From the NCBI RefSeq assembly GCF_004010195.1, contig NC_057718.1:91389517-91409516 (forward strand): a stretch of 20,000 nucleotides of DNA, written 5' to 3'. Below, in pieces: positions 9,412 to 18,921 of the stretch. Below the pieces are notes generated by a model. It did no database searches. It saw nothing but the letters and a program-made list of their open reading frames with translations, and was not told the origin of the DNA. A program made the position numbers and the translations under genes. Source of the DNA: Chiloscyllium plagiosum. Taxonomy: Eukaryota. Every line of letters starts with the position of its first letter. Positions within the stretch are counted from its first letter, which is position 1.

Positions 9412-10529
9412 AATTCCATTATACATTGTGACATGTGAAATGTAGTTAGAAATACCAGATTATAATCTTAAATCAGTTTTAAATGGGATGCTGAAGCTAA
9501 TATGTTATTGCAAGACATTGGGAAAACTTTGGTGGAATTATTTCCCTACTTCACTCCTTCTGTTGTTGTCCATTGGATAAACAAGGGGCTGTTTTGTTTA
9601 TGTGAATGACATAAAGAGTTGGGCTATGATTATGCCATCCAGCTAAAGGAGCCACTTTGAACAATGTAAGTGCCAGGAACAGGCAGACATATTATTCCTC
9701 CCCAACCTGAACTATAGAAGCTCTACTTGTAAATTAATAGTGGTATCTGGAACCTCTTGAACTCCATTGGTTGATAATAGCAATTCCACAGTACATTTGT
9801 GCAGTTACAAACACAAATGTGGTATGAAACACTTCACATATTAAGATGATCTGGGGCTGTGTAATTTCCTCTTACCCAGATGTAAATCAGGTTAGATTTT
9901 ATAAGTTTGCTTAATAATTTTATCATATATTTTGAAGAATTGTCATTCATACAAATGTGGCACTTTTATTTTTAAGGACTAAATCTTTTGAAAAGATTTG
10001 TGTGATTCATAACTGTGTTGCTTTTACCTCAGAAGCAACAGATATATTTCAACACAGCTGCAAACCTCACTTAGATCCATTTAATTTCACATTAAATGCA
10101 GCTCTATTCACATGCCTCTGCACTTTGCCGCGGCACAATGTGTGCATGAAGAAGTATTTGAGCCATGAAAAGCATTTGTTCAAATGAGAATGTTGTTAAT
10201 ATTTCAAATAAAACACATAAGGAATGAATGGCCATATCATAAAATATTTGTGGACTTGCTGTATTTTGTTTATTAAATACTTTGTACAGATCCAAAATAG
10301 ACATCAGTATTTAGATATGTCTTGAGTCATTCTAGGATACATTTAAAAAATAAATTATACTGAGAAATTGAAGGTAGTGAAGTGCTTCAAAGACGATGCA
10401 ATTCAAGTAAATGGGATGTCATACTGGTCTATTTTCCTCAGCACCAACAATACATTATTACTTATTGATGAAACCCCTTTGGTGAAGATGCTGTTAGTAT
10501 TGGTGTGTATATTGTTCTCTTGTACCAAT

Positions 10530-10748
10530 AAAGACAAATGCTAGAAATACTGGAAAATACCTCAAAATAAAGATCAAAAATGCTGGAAATACATACCAAC
10601 TCAGTTGGAATCCAAAGAGGAAATAATTATTAATCTTTTAAGTATTGACCACCATGATAAAGGATCTGTATATGAAATAATCATTTATCTCTTCTCTATT
10701 CAAAGGTTATGGAGTTGCTATATATATCCACCATTTTTGTCCTGTTAT
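10530..10748. repeat. Old palindromic (hairpin) element, probably two inverted PLE pLTR ends
   Basis: CAAAAATGCTGGAAATACATACCAACTC (10575-10602) matches the reverse complement of 10712-10739 (CAAAAATGGTGGATATATATAGCAACTC) at 24/28 positions. The ATGCTGGAAA motif resembles the inverted pLTR at 15560-15570. A trace of a hammerhead core (TGATAAAGGATCTGTATATGAAA) lies at ~10654-10676. Confidence 0.6.
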
Positions 10749-11994
10749 GGATTTTAATTCAGAGTTCAGCATATTGATTGACTTGGTGGACTGTTATGGT
10801 GTTTATGCACTGAGCTAAGCAGAATGTCATTTAGCATAAGCTTCATGTGCTCTCTTGTGTTAATGGACATCTGATAGGAACTGAAGGAAACTAAGATTAA
10901 GGATTGTATGTAAGATTTCCATTATTCTAAGAATTTCAGTGAGGAAAATAAAGCTGAATACATTTATACACAAGGATAGGAAACTTGTATGTTTTCTGAG
11001 TGCATTGCGCAATTGGTATATTTTTATTAAGTCCTTAGTGGTTCTAATGAAGGTTTCTAGCATGGTGTCCTCTTCTATTCTGAGGTTTCAGAATAAATTG
11101 GTTTTCCCCAAAAGATAATCAACACAATGAGAACACTTTGAAAACATGTTTAATTAAACACAGATTGAGAAAATGACATAAAAGTTATATTTATACTGAT
11201 ACCTACAGATGTAAATATCGTATTTGCCTAATACTTCTTAGATTTTAGCTTAACATCAAATTGTTTGCTTTATTATGATTGTTGCATTACTATAGACACT
11301 GCGTCCAGACAGATCACATGTTCTAATCATGGAATTTCTTTATACTCATTTTGGAACCATATGTACTAAGATTATTTGATTTTATTTAGAAAATCACCCA
11401 TGAATAGTAAATGAAAGCAAACCTAAAATTATTGAAATCAGTTATGCTATGTAATGGATTGACAGCCTGCTCACATCTGGTATAGAGTATCACTGATCTT
11501 TATTGAAAACAGGATATGAACCTTGTCATGAGGAGGTCAAATACCAGTCCAAAAGAAGGATTAGCAATTTTGCTAAGTGACATCAAAAGTAAGTTTGGTG
11601 TGTATTTACACTCATTGACTGTACATTTTTTGAAGTAAATTGATTTTAGCTCTGAATGTGACCTGTGAATGGGAATTCTACTTTTGATAGTTTTAAGGGT
11701 CACACTGATTTTCTGGACTGGAACACCAGTGCAGCCATCAGAATGTATAATCAACATAAATAATGTTTTATGCATGATATACCCCACTCAGTTAATGCAA
11801 CATCTTCCCTCACTCCCTCTCACCCACCAAAAATTCCCCACTCACTGAATGCTATATGATCTTTGCAGTACCTATTCACTCACTCGGGAAACCGTACCAC
11901 CTTTCCTTCACCAGTAAGGGAACCAACACTAACAGCTGTGCCACCGACTATCATTTTACCCCTTTTACCTTTTATCTCACCAATGTCTACCTTG

Positions 11995-12120
11995 CTCTGA
12001 TTCAAGAAGAAATCAGCCAAATAGGGCAGAAAAAGCTAAAACAAGTGGTGGAGTGCCCAACATTCGGCTCTTCATCACCTATGAAAGAGGATCTTGATCC
12101 TGACCGCTGACGGGCTGTGT
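11995..12120 (+). pseudogene. Probable relic exon of a PIF/Harbinger Myb/SANT-like accessory gene
   Basis: After a pyrimidine-rich, intron-like stretch the sequence reads ..KAKTSGGVPNIRLFITYE/RILILT (one frameshift). This resembles the KTGGG.P....LT..EER.L motif that follows the Myb/SANT domain in Harbinger ORF2-type proteins. The match is short and degenerate. Confidence 0.45.
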
Positions 12121-12216
12121 TGAAGCCCCTGGAATAATGCTGGAGGCTGCCCTTGACATTGTACTGGGGCCCTCTGACTTGAAGACTGTCTATCTTGACT
12201 GAGTTAAAAATCACAC

Positions 12217-12667
12217 ATTCATGTAGAACTCTGAGCTCAAAAACTGCATGAATTTATGTAAAACTCCGTTATCTCACTTTTTAGATTAGAATTAATCTAA
12301 ACATCATGGCATAGACAGAGAACACAGGGGGCCAACACCTTCAACATATTGTCCAGCTATCACCATTGTTAACAGCTAACCCGAGAATGCAAAAGGTCTT
12401 GTGATTTACACATAAAAGAAGTGAAACTATCACTGTATTCTAACAAATAAAAGGCTTAACAATCAATTTTTCAATGTATAATTTCAATTACACTGTAAAT
12501 TTTTGCTATAAATTCTGTGTTAGGATTGAGCCCTCCACTATCACCTGATGAAGGAGCGTCGCTCTGAAAGCTAGTGTGCTTCTGATTAAACCTGTTGGAC
12601 TATAACCTGGTGTTGTGTGATTTTTAACTTTGTACACCCCAGTCCAACACCGGCATCTCCGAATCAT
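12217..12667 (+). repeat. 5' pseudo-LTR of the PLE
   Basis: Collinear with 15426-16370 once two insertions are removed. I count 5 substitutions and one 2-bp indel in the first ~115 bp. It ends at the AT of the ORF ATG (12666). Confidence 0.92.
12542..12576 (+). ncRNA. Minimal type I hammerhead ribozyme motif (5' pLTR copy)
   Basis: CAC-CTGATGA-A-GGAGC(GTC)GCTCT-GAAA-GC-TA-GTG. Both core boxes are intact, stem II has 5 bp with a G.U closing pair, AGCT is a palindromic stem III remnant, and stem I is CAC/GTG. Predicted cleavage is after 12573. Confidence 0.8.
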
Positions 12668-15113
12668 GACTATTATCAACACCACTAACCACCGGCTTAA
12701 AGTGGAGAGGATCTCCAAGAAGATTGCACATATCGACACAGACAACAAGTTCCTACAGGAATACAGGCAAGCAGGAAAGATTCCAAAATGATTACGGATC
12801 ACGAATCCACTTAGGTCGACCTACAGCACAGACGACGCAGAGAAACTTTGCCACCGCACCTCTCGTAAACCCCTCAATCATCTCATGCACCAACTCTACA
12901 GCAGGTGCCACAACCTTGAAATTCAGATGCAGTCCACACTCTCAGCCTGCACCAGGATACATCAGTACAATTACGCGACATTGCCAAACAGACAAGGCGA
13001 CAAAACTATACCACGTACATGCACGCCAAGAACAAAAAACTGGAGAAACTTGGCATTCTCACCAGTAATAGCAAAGCCCACCCTGGAACCACAGTAGACA
13101 ACATTATCACTGCGGGGAAGTCTATTATCAATGTATCGGACCACACCCTTCGACCGGAAGAGATTGAAGTCCTGAGTAGGGGTCTCAACTTCTGCCCCAC
13201 CACCAAAATGGACCCGTTGGTTCTGGCAGCAGACACAGAGGAGTTCATCAGACGAATGAGACTCCGGGAATTCTTTCAAGGTGCCAGCAGTGATCCCAAT
13301 GAGCCCACTGATGAACTGGAATAGTCATCACAGGGATCTGTAGAGGAGCGACCAAAGAAGGTGTCAACCTGGACCCCACCGGAGGGCTGCTGCCCTTGCC
13401 TTGACATATATGTTCAAACCGCCAGGAAATATATAAATGCCAGATTCATCAGCCATACCCACAAGGTAGAGCAAAACATCACCCATTCACAGCGCAATGC
13501 CATCCAGGCTCTCAAAACCAATCACAACATTGTCATCAAACCAGCAGATAAAGGAGGAGCCATTGTCATTCAGAATAGAACAGATTACTGCAAGGAAGTG
13601 TACCGACAACTGAACAACCAAGTACACTACAGGCAACTACCAGCTGATCCGACCAAAGAACACACCCGAGAATTAAACATACTGATCAGAACTTTGAATC
13701 CAGTCCTTCAGAGTTCCCTATGCGTCCTCATCCCACGTACTTCTCGTGTAGGCGACTTCTACTGTCTTCCAAAGGTACACAAAGCCAACACACCGGGACG
13801 TCCCATCGTGTCGGGCAATGAGACCCTATGTGAGAATCTCTCTGGCTATGTGGAAGGCATCTTGAAACCTATTGTACAGGGGATCTCCAGCTTCTGTCGC
13901 GACACTACGGATTTCTTACAGAAACTCAGCACCCACGGACCAGTCGAACCGGGAACATTCCTCGTCACAATGGACGCTTCCGCACTCTACACCAGCATCC
14001 CCCACAATGATGGCATCGCGCCAACAGCCTCAGTACTCAACACCAACAACTGCCAATCTCCAAACACCATCCACAACTCATCCGCTTTATCCTTGATCAC
14101 AGCGTCTTCACCTTTGACAACCAGTTCTTCATCCAGACACACGGAACAGCCATGGGGACCAGATTTGCACCCCAATATGCCAACATTTTTATGCACAGGT
14201 TCGAACAAGACTTCTTCTCTATGCAGGATCTCCAACCAACATTGTACACCAGGTATATTGATGACATTTTCTTCCTCTGGTCCCATGGCGAAGAATCACT
14301 GATAAAACTACACAGTGACATCAACAAGTTTCATCCCATCATCAAACTCACCATGGACTCTAGACTATCTGTCTCATTCTTGGACACATGCATCTCCATC
14401 AAGGATGGACACCTCAGCACCACACTCTACCGCAAACCCACAGTCACCCTCACAATGCTACACTTCTCCAGCTTCCACCCAAAACATATTAAAACAGTCA
14501 TCCCCTATGGACAAGCCCTACGCATACACCGGATCTGCTCAGATGAGGAGGAACGTGACGGATACCTGGAAGTACTCAAGGATGCCCTCACAAGAACGGA
14601 GTACGATGCTCAACTCATCGACCGCCAGTTCTGACATGCAACAGCAAGGAACCGTAATGACCTCCTCAGGCGACAGACACATGATGCAACTGACAGGGTA
14701 CCCTTCGTTGTTCAGTATTTCCCAGGAGCTGAAAAATTACACCATGTTCTTTGTGACCTGCAACACATTATCAATGAGGATGAGCACCTCACCAAGACCT
14801 TCCCCACACCTCCACTACTTGCCTTTAAACAACCGCCAAACCTCAAACAGATCTTGTTTGTAGCAGGCTGCCTTGCTCTCAGGGCAACTCCATATAACCC
14901 TGTCACGGTAGACGCTGCAGAGTGTGGACATAGATATCACCATTACGCGTGGTGACACCTCCCACCTTGTACATGGCAGGTACTCATGTGACTCAGCCAA
15001 CGTTGTCTATCTTATACATTGCAGGCAAGGATGCCCNNNNNNNNNNNNNNNNNNNNNNNNNNNNNNNNNNNGGCCTCAACCGGGACCTTGGGTTCATGTC
15101 ACATTACAGGTGA
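12666..15113 (+). pseudogene. PLE polyprotein (N-terminal domain, reverse transcriptase, Cys linker, GIY-YIG endonuclease), disrupted
   Basis: ATG 12666 opens MTIINTTNHRLKVERISKKIAHIDTDNKFLQ..KIPK*LRITNP. Later motifs are VLSRGLNFCP, STWTPP, IVIKPADKGGAIV, FYCLPKVHK, PGRPIVS, TMDASALYTSIPH, AMGTRFAPQYANIFM, RYIDDIF, FLD, YRKPT, PCHGRRC and CDSANVVYLIHCRQGC. After the N gap it reads GLNRDLGFMSHYR* ending at 15113. Several stops and frameshifts. Confidence 0.95.
15037..15071. other. Assembly gap (35 N)
   Basis: Run of n characters inside the GIY-YIG coding region. Confidence 1.
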
Positions 15114-15127
15114 CCACCATTGCACTA

Positions 15128-15369
15128 TACACACACATACAGATACTCCTACACACACACTCTCACACACACAGGCACTCCTATACACACATACACACGG
15201 ACACACATACACACAGACGCGCACACAGACACCCACACACGCCCTTACAGACACACACACTCACACATGGACCCCCTCACAGACTTAAGATACTCTGCAG
15301 TCACTACACACACTCATACACTTTCTCACACTCACAACCCCCAACCCAGACAGACACACACAGACAGAC
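15128..15369 (+). repeat. Degenerate (CA)n microsatellite tract in the PLE 3' UTR
   Basis: Interrupted CACACA/CAGA/CATA arrays between the ORF stop and the 3' pLTR. Confidence 0.9.
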
Positions 15370-15539
15370 AATGACATATATATTTTGTGGGGTGAATTTG
15401 TACTTGCAGGGTTACATTGTAATTTGCTCAAAAACTGCATGAATTTATGTAAAACTCTGTTATCTCACTTTTTAAATTAGAATCAATCTAAACATCATGG
15501 CATAGATAGAGAACACGGAGCCAACACCTTCAACATATT

Positions 15540-15694
15540 AGGTAAAAATAATGACTACAGATGCAGGAAACCAGATTCTGGATTAGTGGTGCTGGAAGAC
15601 CATCAGGATGAAGGGCTTTTGCCCGAAACATTGATTTTACTGCTCCTCGGATGCTACCTGAACTGCTGCGCTCTTCCAGCACCACTAATCCAGA
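15540..15694. mobile_element. 155-bp hairpin mini-element made of inverted pLTR pieces from a different PLE family, with a 13-14 bp TSD
   Basis: TSD ACCTTCAACATATT occurs at 15526-15539 and 15695-15708, and only once at the empty site in the 5' pLTR (12337-12350). There is a perfect internal inverted repeat: TTCTGGATTAGTGGTGCTGGAAGA (15576-15599) and TCTTCCAGCACCACTAATCCAGAA (15672-15695). A hammerhead-like GATGAAGGGCTTTTGCCCGAAAC sits between the arms. Confidence 0.85.
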
Positions 15695-15756
15695 ACCTTC
15701 AACATATTGTCTAGCTATCACCATTGTTAACAACTAACCCGAGAATGCAAAACTGT

Positions 15757-16075
15757 GGGCGGCACGGTGGCACAGTGGTTAGCCTCACAGCGCCAGAGAC
15801 CCGGGTTCAATTCCCGCCTCAGGCGACTGACTGTGTGGAGTTTGCACATTCTCCCCGTGTCTGCGTGGGTTTCCTCCGGGTGCTCCGGTTTCCTCCCACA
15901 GTCCAAAGATGTGCTGGTCAGGTGAATTGACCATGCTAAATTGCCCGTAGTGTTAGGTTTAAGGGGTAAGTGTAGGGGTATGGGTGGGTTGCGCTTCGGC
16001 GGGTCGGTGTGGACTTGTTGGGCCGAAGGGCCTGTTTCCACACTGTGAGTAATCTAATCTAATCTAATCTAATCT
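15757..16075 (+). mobile_element. HE1-type V-SINE (tRNA head, V-domain, CR1/HER1-like tail, (AATCT)5)
   Basis: A box TGGCACAGTGG is at 15768-15778 and B box GGTTCAATTCC at 15804-15814. The V-domain reads GTGTGGAGTTTGCACATTCTCCCCGTGTCTGCGTGGGTTTCCTCCGGGTGCTCCGGTTTCCTCCCACAGTCCAAAGA. The tail GGGCCGAAGGGCCTGTTTCCACACTGT is similar to the CR1 3' ends in this window. AATGCAA is duplicated at 15744-15750 and 16076-16082, and the element is absent from the 5' pLTR. Confidence 0.95.
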
Positions 16076-16244
16076 AATGCAACTTTTTAAAAAGAAGTTT
16101 TGTGATTTACACATGAAAGAAGTGAAACTATCACTGTATTCTAATAGATGAAACAGACAATCAATTTTTCAATGTATAATTTCAGTTACATCACATTGTA
16201 CATTTTTGCTATAAATTCTGTGTTAGGATTGAGCCCTCCACTAT

Positions 16245-16279
16245 CACCTGATGAAGGAGCGTCGCTCCGAAAACTAGTG
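16245..16279 (+). ncRNA. Minimal type I hammerhead ribozyme motif (3' pLTR copy)
   Basis: CAC-CTGATGA-A-GGAGC(GTC)GCTCC-GAAA-AC-TA-GTG. Stem II is perfect, but the stem III palindrome AGCT has changed to AACT. Confidence 0.78.
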
Positions 16280-17029
16280 TGCTTCCAATTGAACCTGTTG
16301 GACTATAACCTGGTGTTGTGTGATTTTTAACTTTGTACACCCCAGTCCAACACCGGCATCTCCAAATCATATCTTAACTGAGGACTGCTGATAACCATGA
16401 TAAGCCATACTTTGTGTCTGGACTAAATGGCAAGGTGTTGGTAGCTCTGGCTGAAGATTGAGAGGGGAGGTGGCAAAGCACATAAAAGCAAGGCAAGTCA
16501 GGGATGCTGTGAGCACCCAGGCATGTTAAAGGTGAATGAGTACTAAGAGAGCAAATGAGTTGCCTTGAGATCCAATCCATGAGCAGGGTGCCTGTCCCTG
16601 CATGCGAAGTGACCTTGCAGCAGCATTTCAATGCTACTTGCCAGTGTACCCCAATTTACAGTTTTAACATGGATTGTGACCTGAAAGGTGGGGGTCGGTG
16701 GAATGAGTGCAGGATGGAGTGCACCCTGAAATATTATTACCAAATGTCCAAGTTGGAGGTACAGAGGAGCAAGTGGCAAGCTGGAGACATCAGATACCTA
16801 TTCTCACTTTTTGACATCTAGTTTTCTCATGCAGGTGATAGGATAGGAGGTTGCATATTAATGAAGTGCGATATGCAGTTAACGAGGCTGATAACAAGCA
16901 CTAATCCATGTTAATAGGCAGCTCATTCCTGACTTGCAAGAATTTTGTTTCAACAACAGGAAACCTGTTGGAAAATGTAGCTAATTGCTCCTGATGTCAA
17001 GACTGGCCCTGCTTGAATTGATAGCATCA

Positions 17030-18921
17030 AATCTAAGAAAAATACAAAGATAAGCCAGAGAATTGGGAAAGTTTTAAAAGCCAACAGACAACAATGAAAA
17101 AGTAATAAAAAAGGGAGAGAATAAACTTTGAGAGTAAAATTGCAAATAACATCAGGATTGGCAGCAAGACCTTATTTAAACATACATAAAGGAAGAAAGA
17201 ATCCAAAATAAACATAGGCACCTTTGAAAATGAAGTTGGGAAAATAATAATGGGGAGCCAGGAAATGACAGAGGAGTTGAATAAATACTTTGCATCAATC
17301 TTCATGGTAGAAGAAACTAATAGCATTCCAAATTTACTAAATATTCAAGAAACAAATGAAAGAGAGGAAATAAATACAGTTACTGTCGTTAGAGAAAGAA
17401 ATGCTAGAGACACTAATGGAGCTAAAAACTGATACATTCCCTGGACCTGATGGAATGCATCCTAGGATATTAAAGGAAGTAGCTATAGAGAGCGTGGATG
17501 CACTGGTAGTAATTTTCCAGGAATCCTTAGATTCTGGATTTGTATCTCAGTATTGTAAAATTGCCAATGTAACACCATTATGTAAAATGACAAAAGAAAT
17601 TGTAATTTTAAGCCAGTTAGCTTAATATCTATTATTGGGAAAATATTAAGAGTCTGTTGTAAAAGATGTAATACCAGAACATTTAGAAATACATAACATG
17701 ATTAAGCAGAGTCAGTTTGGCTTTTTGAAGGGTGCTCATGCCTGACACATTTACTAAAATTCTTTACTAAGGTAACGAACAGGACTGTTAGAGAGAAAGT
17801 ATGGATATATTTTCAGAAGGTGGTTGATGAGGTACTGCACATTGGACGACTCAATAGAATAAGAGCTCATGATGTTGGAGATAGATTATCAGCATGGATA
17901 GAGGATTAGCTGATCCTTAGAAGGCAGTGATGGGGAAAAAGAGGCATTTTCGAGATGGTAACCTGTAACTAATGGTGTGCCATATGGATCAGTGCTGGAG
18001 CTACAGTTATTTACAGTATACATTAATGACGTGGATGAAGAAAGTTAATGTAGCCAAGTTTGCAGATGACACAAATATAAGCGGGAAGACAATTGGTGAG
18101 GTAACATCAAAAGTCTGCAGAGGGGGGCATAAACAGGTTAAGTGAGTGGGCAAAAACTTGGCAGGTGGAATATAATTTGGAAAAATGTGATGTTATACAT
18201 TTTGGCAGGAAGAATACAAGAGCTGAATATTATTTAAATGGAGAAACACTGCAGAAAGCTATAGAACAGAGGATGTGGGAGTCCTCATCCATGAATAACA
18301 AAAAGCCAGCATCCAATTTAAGTGGGTAATAGGGAAGGCAAAGGGAATGAAGTATAAAAGTATGGAGGTTTGCTAAAAGTATACAGGGCACCAGATGGAC
18401 CACAGCTAGAATATTTTGAACAGTTTTGGGCCCCTGATTTAAGGAAAGATAAACTGGTATTGGAGACAGTCCAGGGAAGGTTCACTAAACTGATATCAGA
18501 TGTTGAGGGACTAGTTTATGAGGAGGGGTTGAGTTTGTTGGGCCTGTACTTGTTGGAATTTAGAAGAATAAGAGACAACCTTATTGAAACATACAACATT
18601 CTTAGGGGATTTGACAAGGTAATATGGAAAGGTTGTTTCCCTTGTGGGAGAGGCTAGGACCAAAGGCCATAATTTCAAAATAAAGAGTTGTTCATTAAAG
18701 ATAGAAAAGGAGTGGAATTTGTTCTGTCAGAGGGTAGTGAATCTGTGGATTTCTTTTATCACAGAGAACTGTCAAACCTGGGTCAGTAACTATATTCAAT
18801 ACTGAGAGAGAAATAATTTTTTAACCTGTAAGGGAATCAAGGATTATGGGAAAAAGACAGAAAAATGGAGTCAAGTATTATGAGATCAGCCATGATATAA
18901 TTGAATGGTGGAGCAGACTCT
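17030..18921 (+). mobile_element. Old CR1-clade LINE of a second subfamily, heavily decayed, truncated at both ends
   Basis: Motifs include EELNKYFASIF, PGPDGMHPRILKE, GVPYGSVL..LF.VYIND, KFADDT (18056-18073), WQVEYNLEKC.VIHFG, QLEYFEQFWAP and LEFRRIR.NLIETY. The 3' region GATCAGCCATGATATAATTGAATGGTGGAGCAGACTC differs from the HER1-like tails. Boundaries are approximate. Confidence 0.9.

Larger units (their letters stand above)
12204..16369 (+). mobile_element. Near full-length Penelope-like retroelement (Neptune-type) with direct pseudo-LTRs, a short inverted 5' end and a 13-bp TSD
   Basis: TSD TATCTTGACTGAG (12191-12203) matches TATCTTAACTGAG (16370-16382). AGTTAAAAATCACACA (12202-12217) is the exact reverse complement of 12614-12629. 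Direct repeats at 12235-12667 and 15426-16370 flank an RT plus GIY-YIG ORF. Confidence 0.95.
15426..16370 (+). repeat. 3' pseudo-LTR of the PLE, expanded by two nested insertions
   Basis: Runs from GCTCAAAAACTGCATGAAT to CACCGGCATCTCCAAATCAT and matches 12235-12667. Confidence 0.92.

Noticed and set aside
9420..11700. Short ORFs on both strands in the AT-rich region as additional exons
   Set aside because: No recognisable motifs, no good acceptor/donor pairs, and no peptide resembling the expected CFAP61 continuation (YF.E.W..A.FHDRF).
12110..12190. Minus-strand GSLQHYS as the Harbinger transposase GG.LQYSP motif
   Set aside because: Too short, and the flanking RFRCL and C..LHN motifs are missing.
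14924..15442. His/Thr-rich ORFs as metal-binding proteins
   Set aside because: They are translations of the (CA)n microsatellite read across an N gap.
15757..15820. tRNA gene
   Set aside because: The A and B boxes belong to the SINE head. There is no complete cloverleaf and the sequence runs straight into the V-domain.
12235..16370. Direct repeats as retroviral LTRs or a segmental duplication
   Set aside because: No TG..CA termini, PBS, PPT or integrase. The enclosed RT plus GIY-YIG ORF and the hammerheads identify them as PLE pseudo-LTRs.
16800..16845. Acceptor-like TTTTCTCATGCAG at 16822-16834 as the next CFAP61 exon
   Set aside because: In the phase required by the upstream exon the next codons are TGA TAG, and there is no protein similarity.
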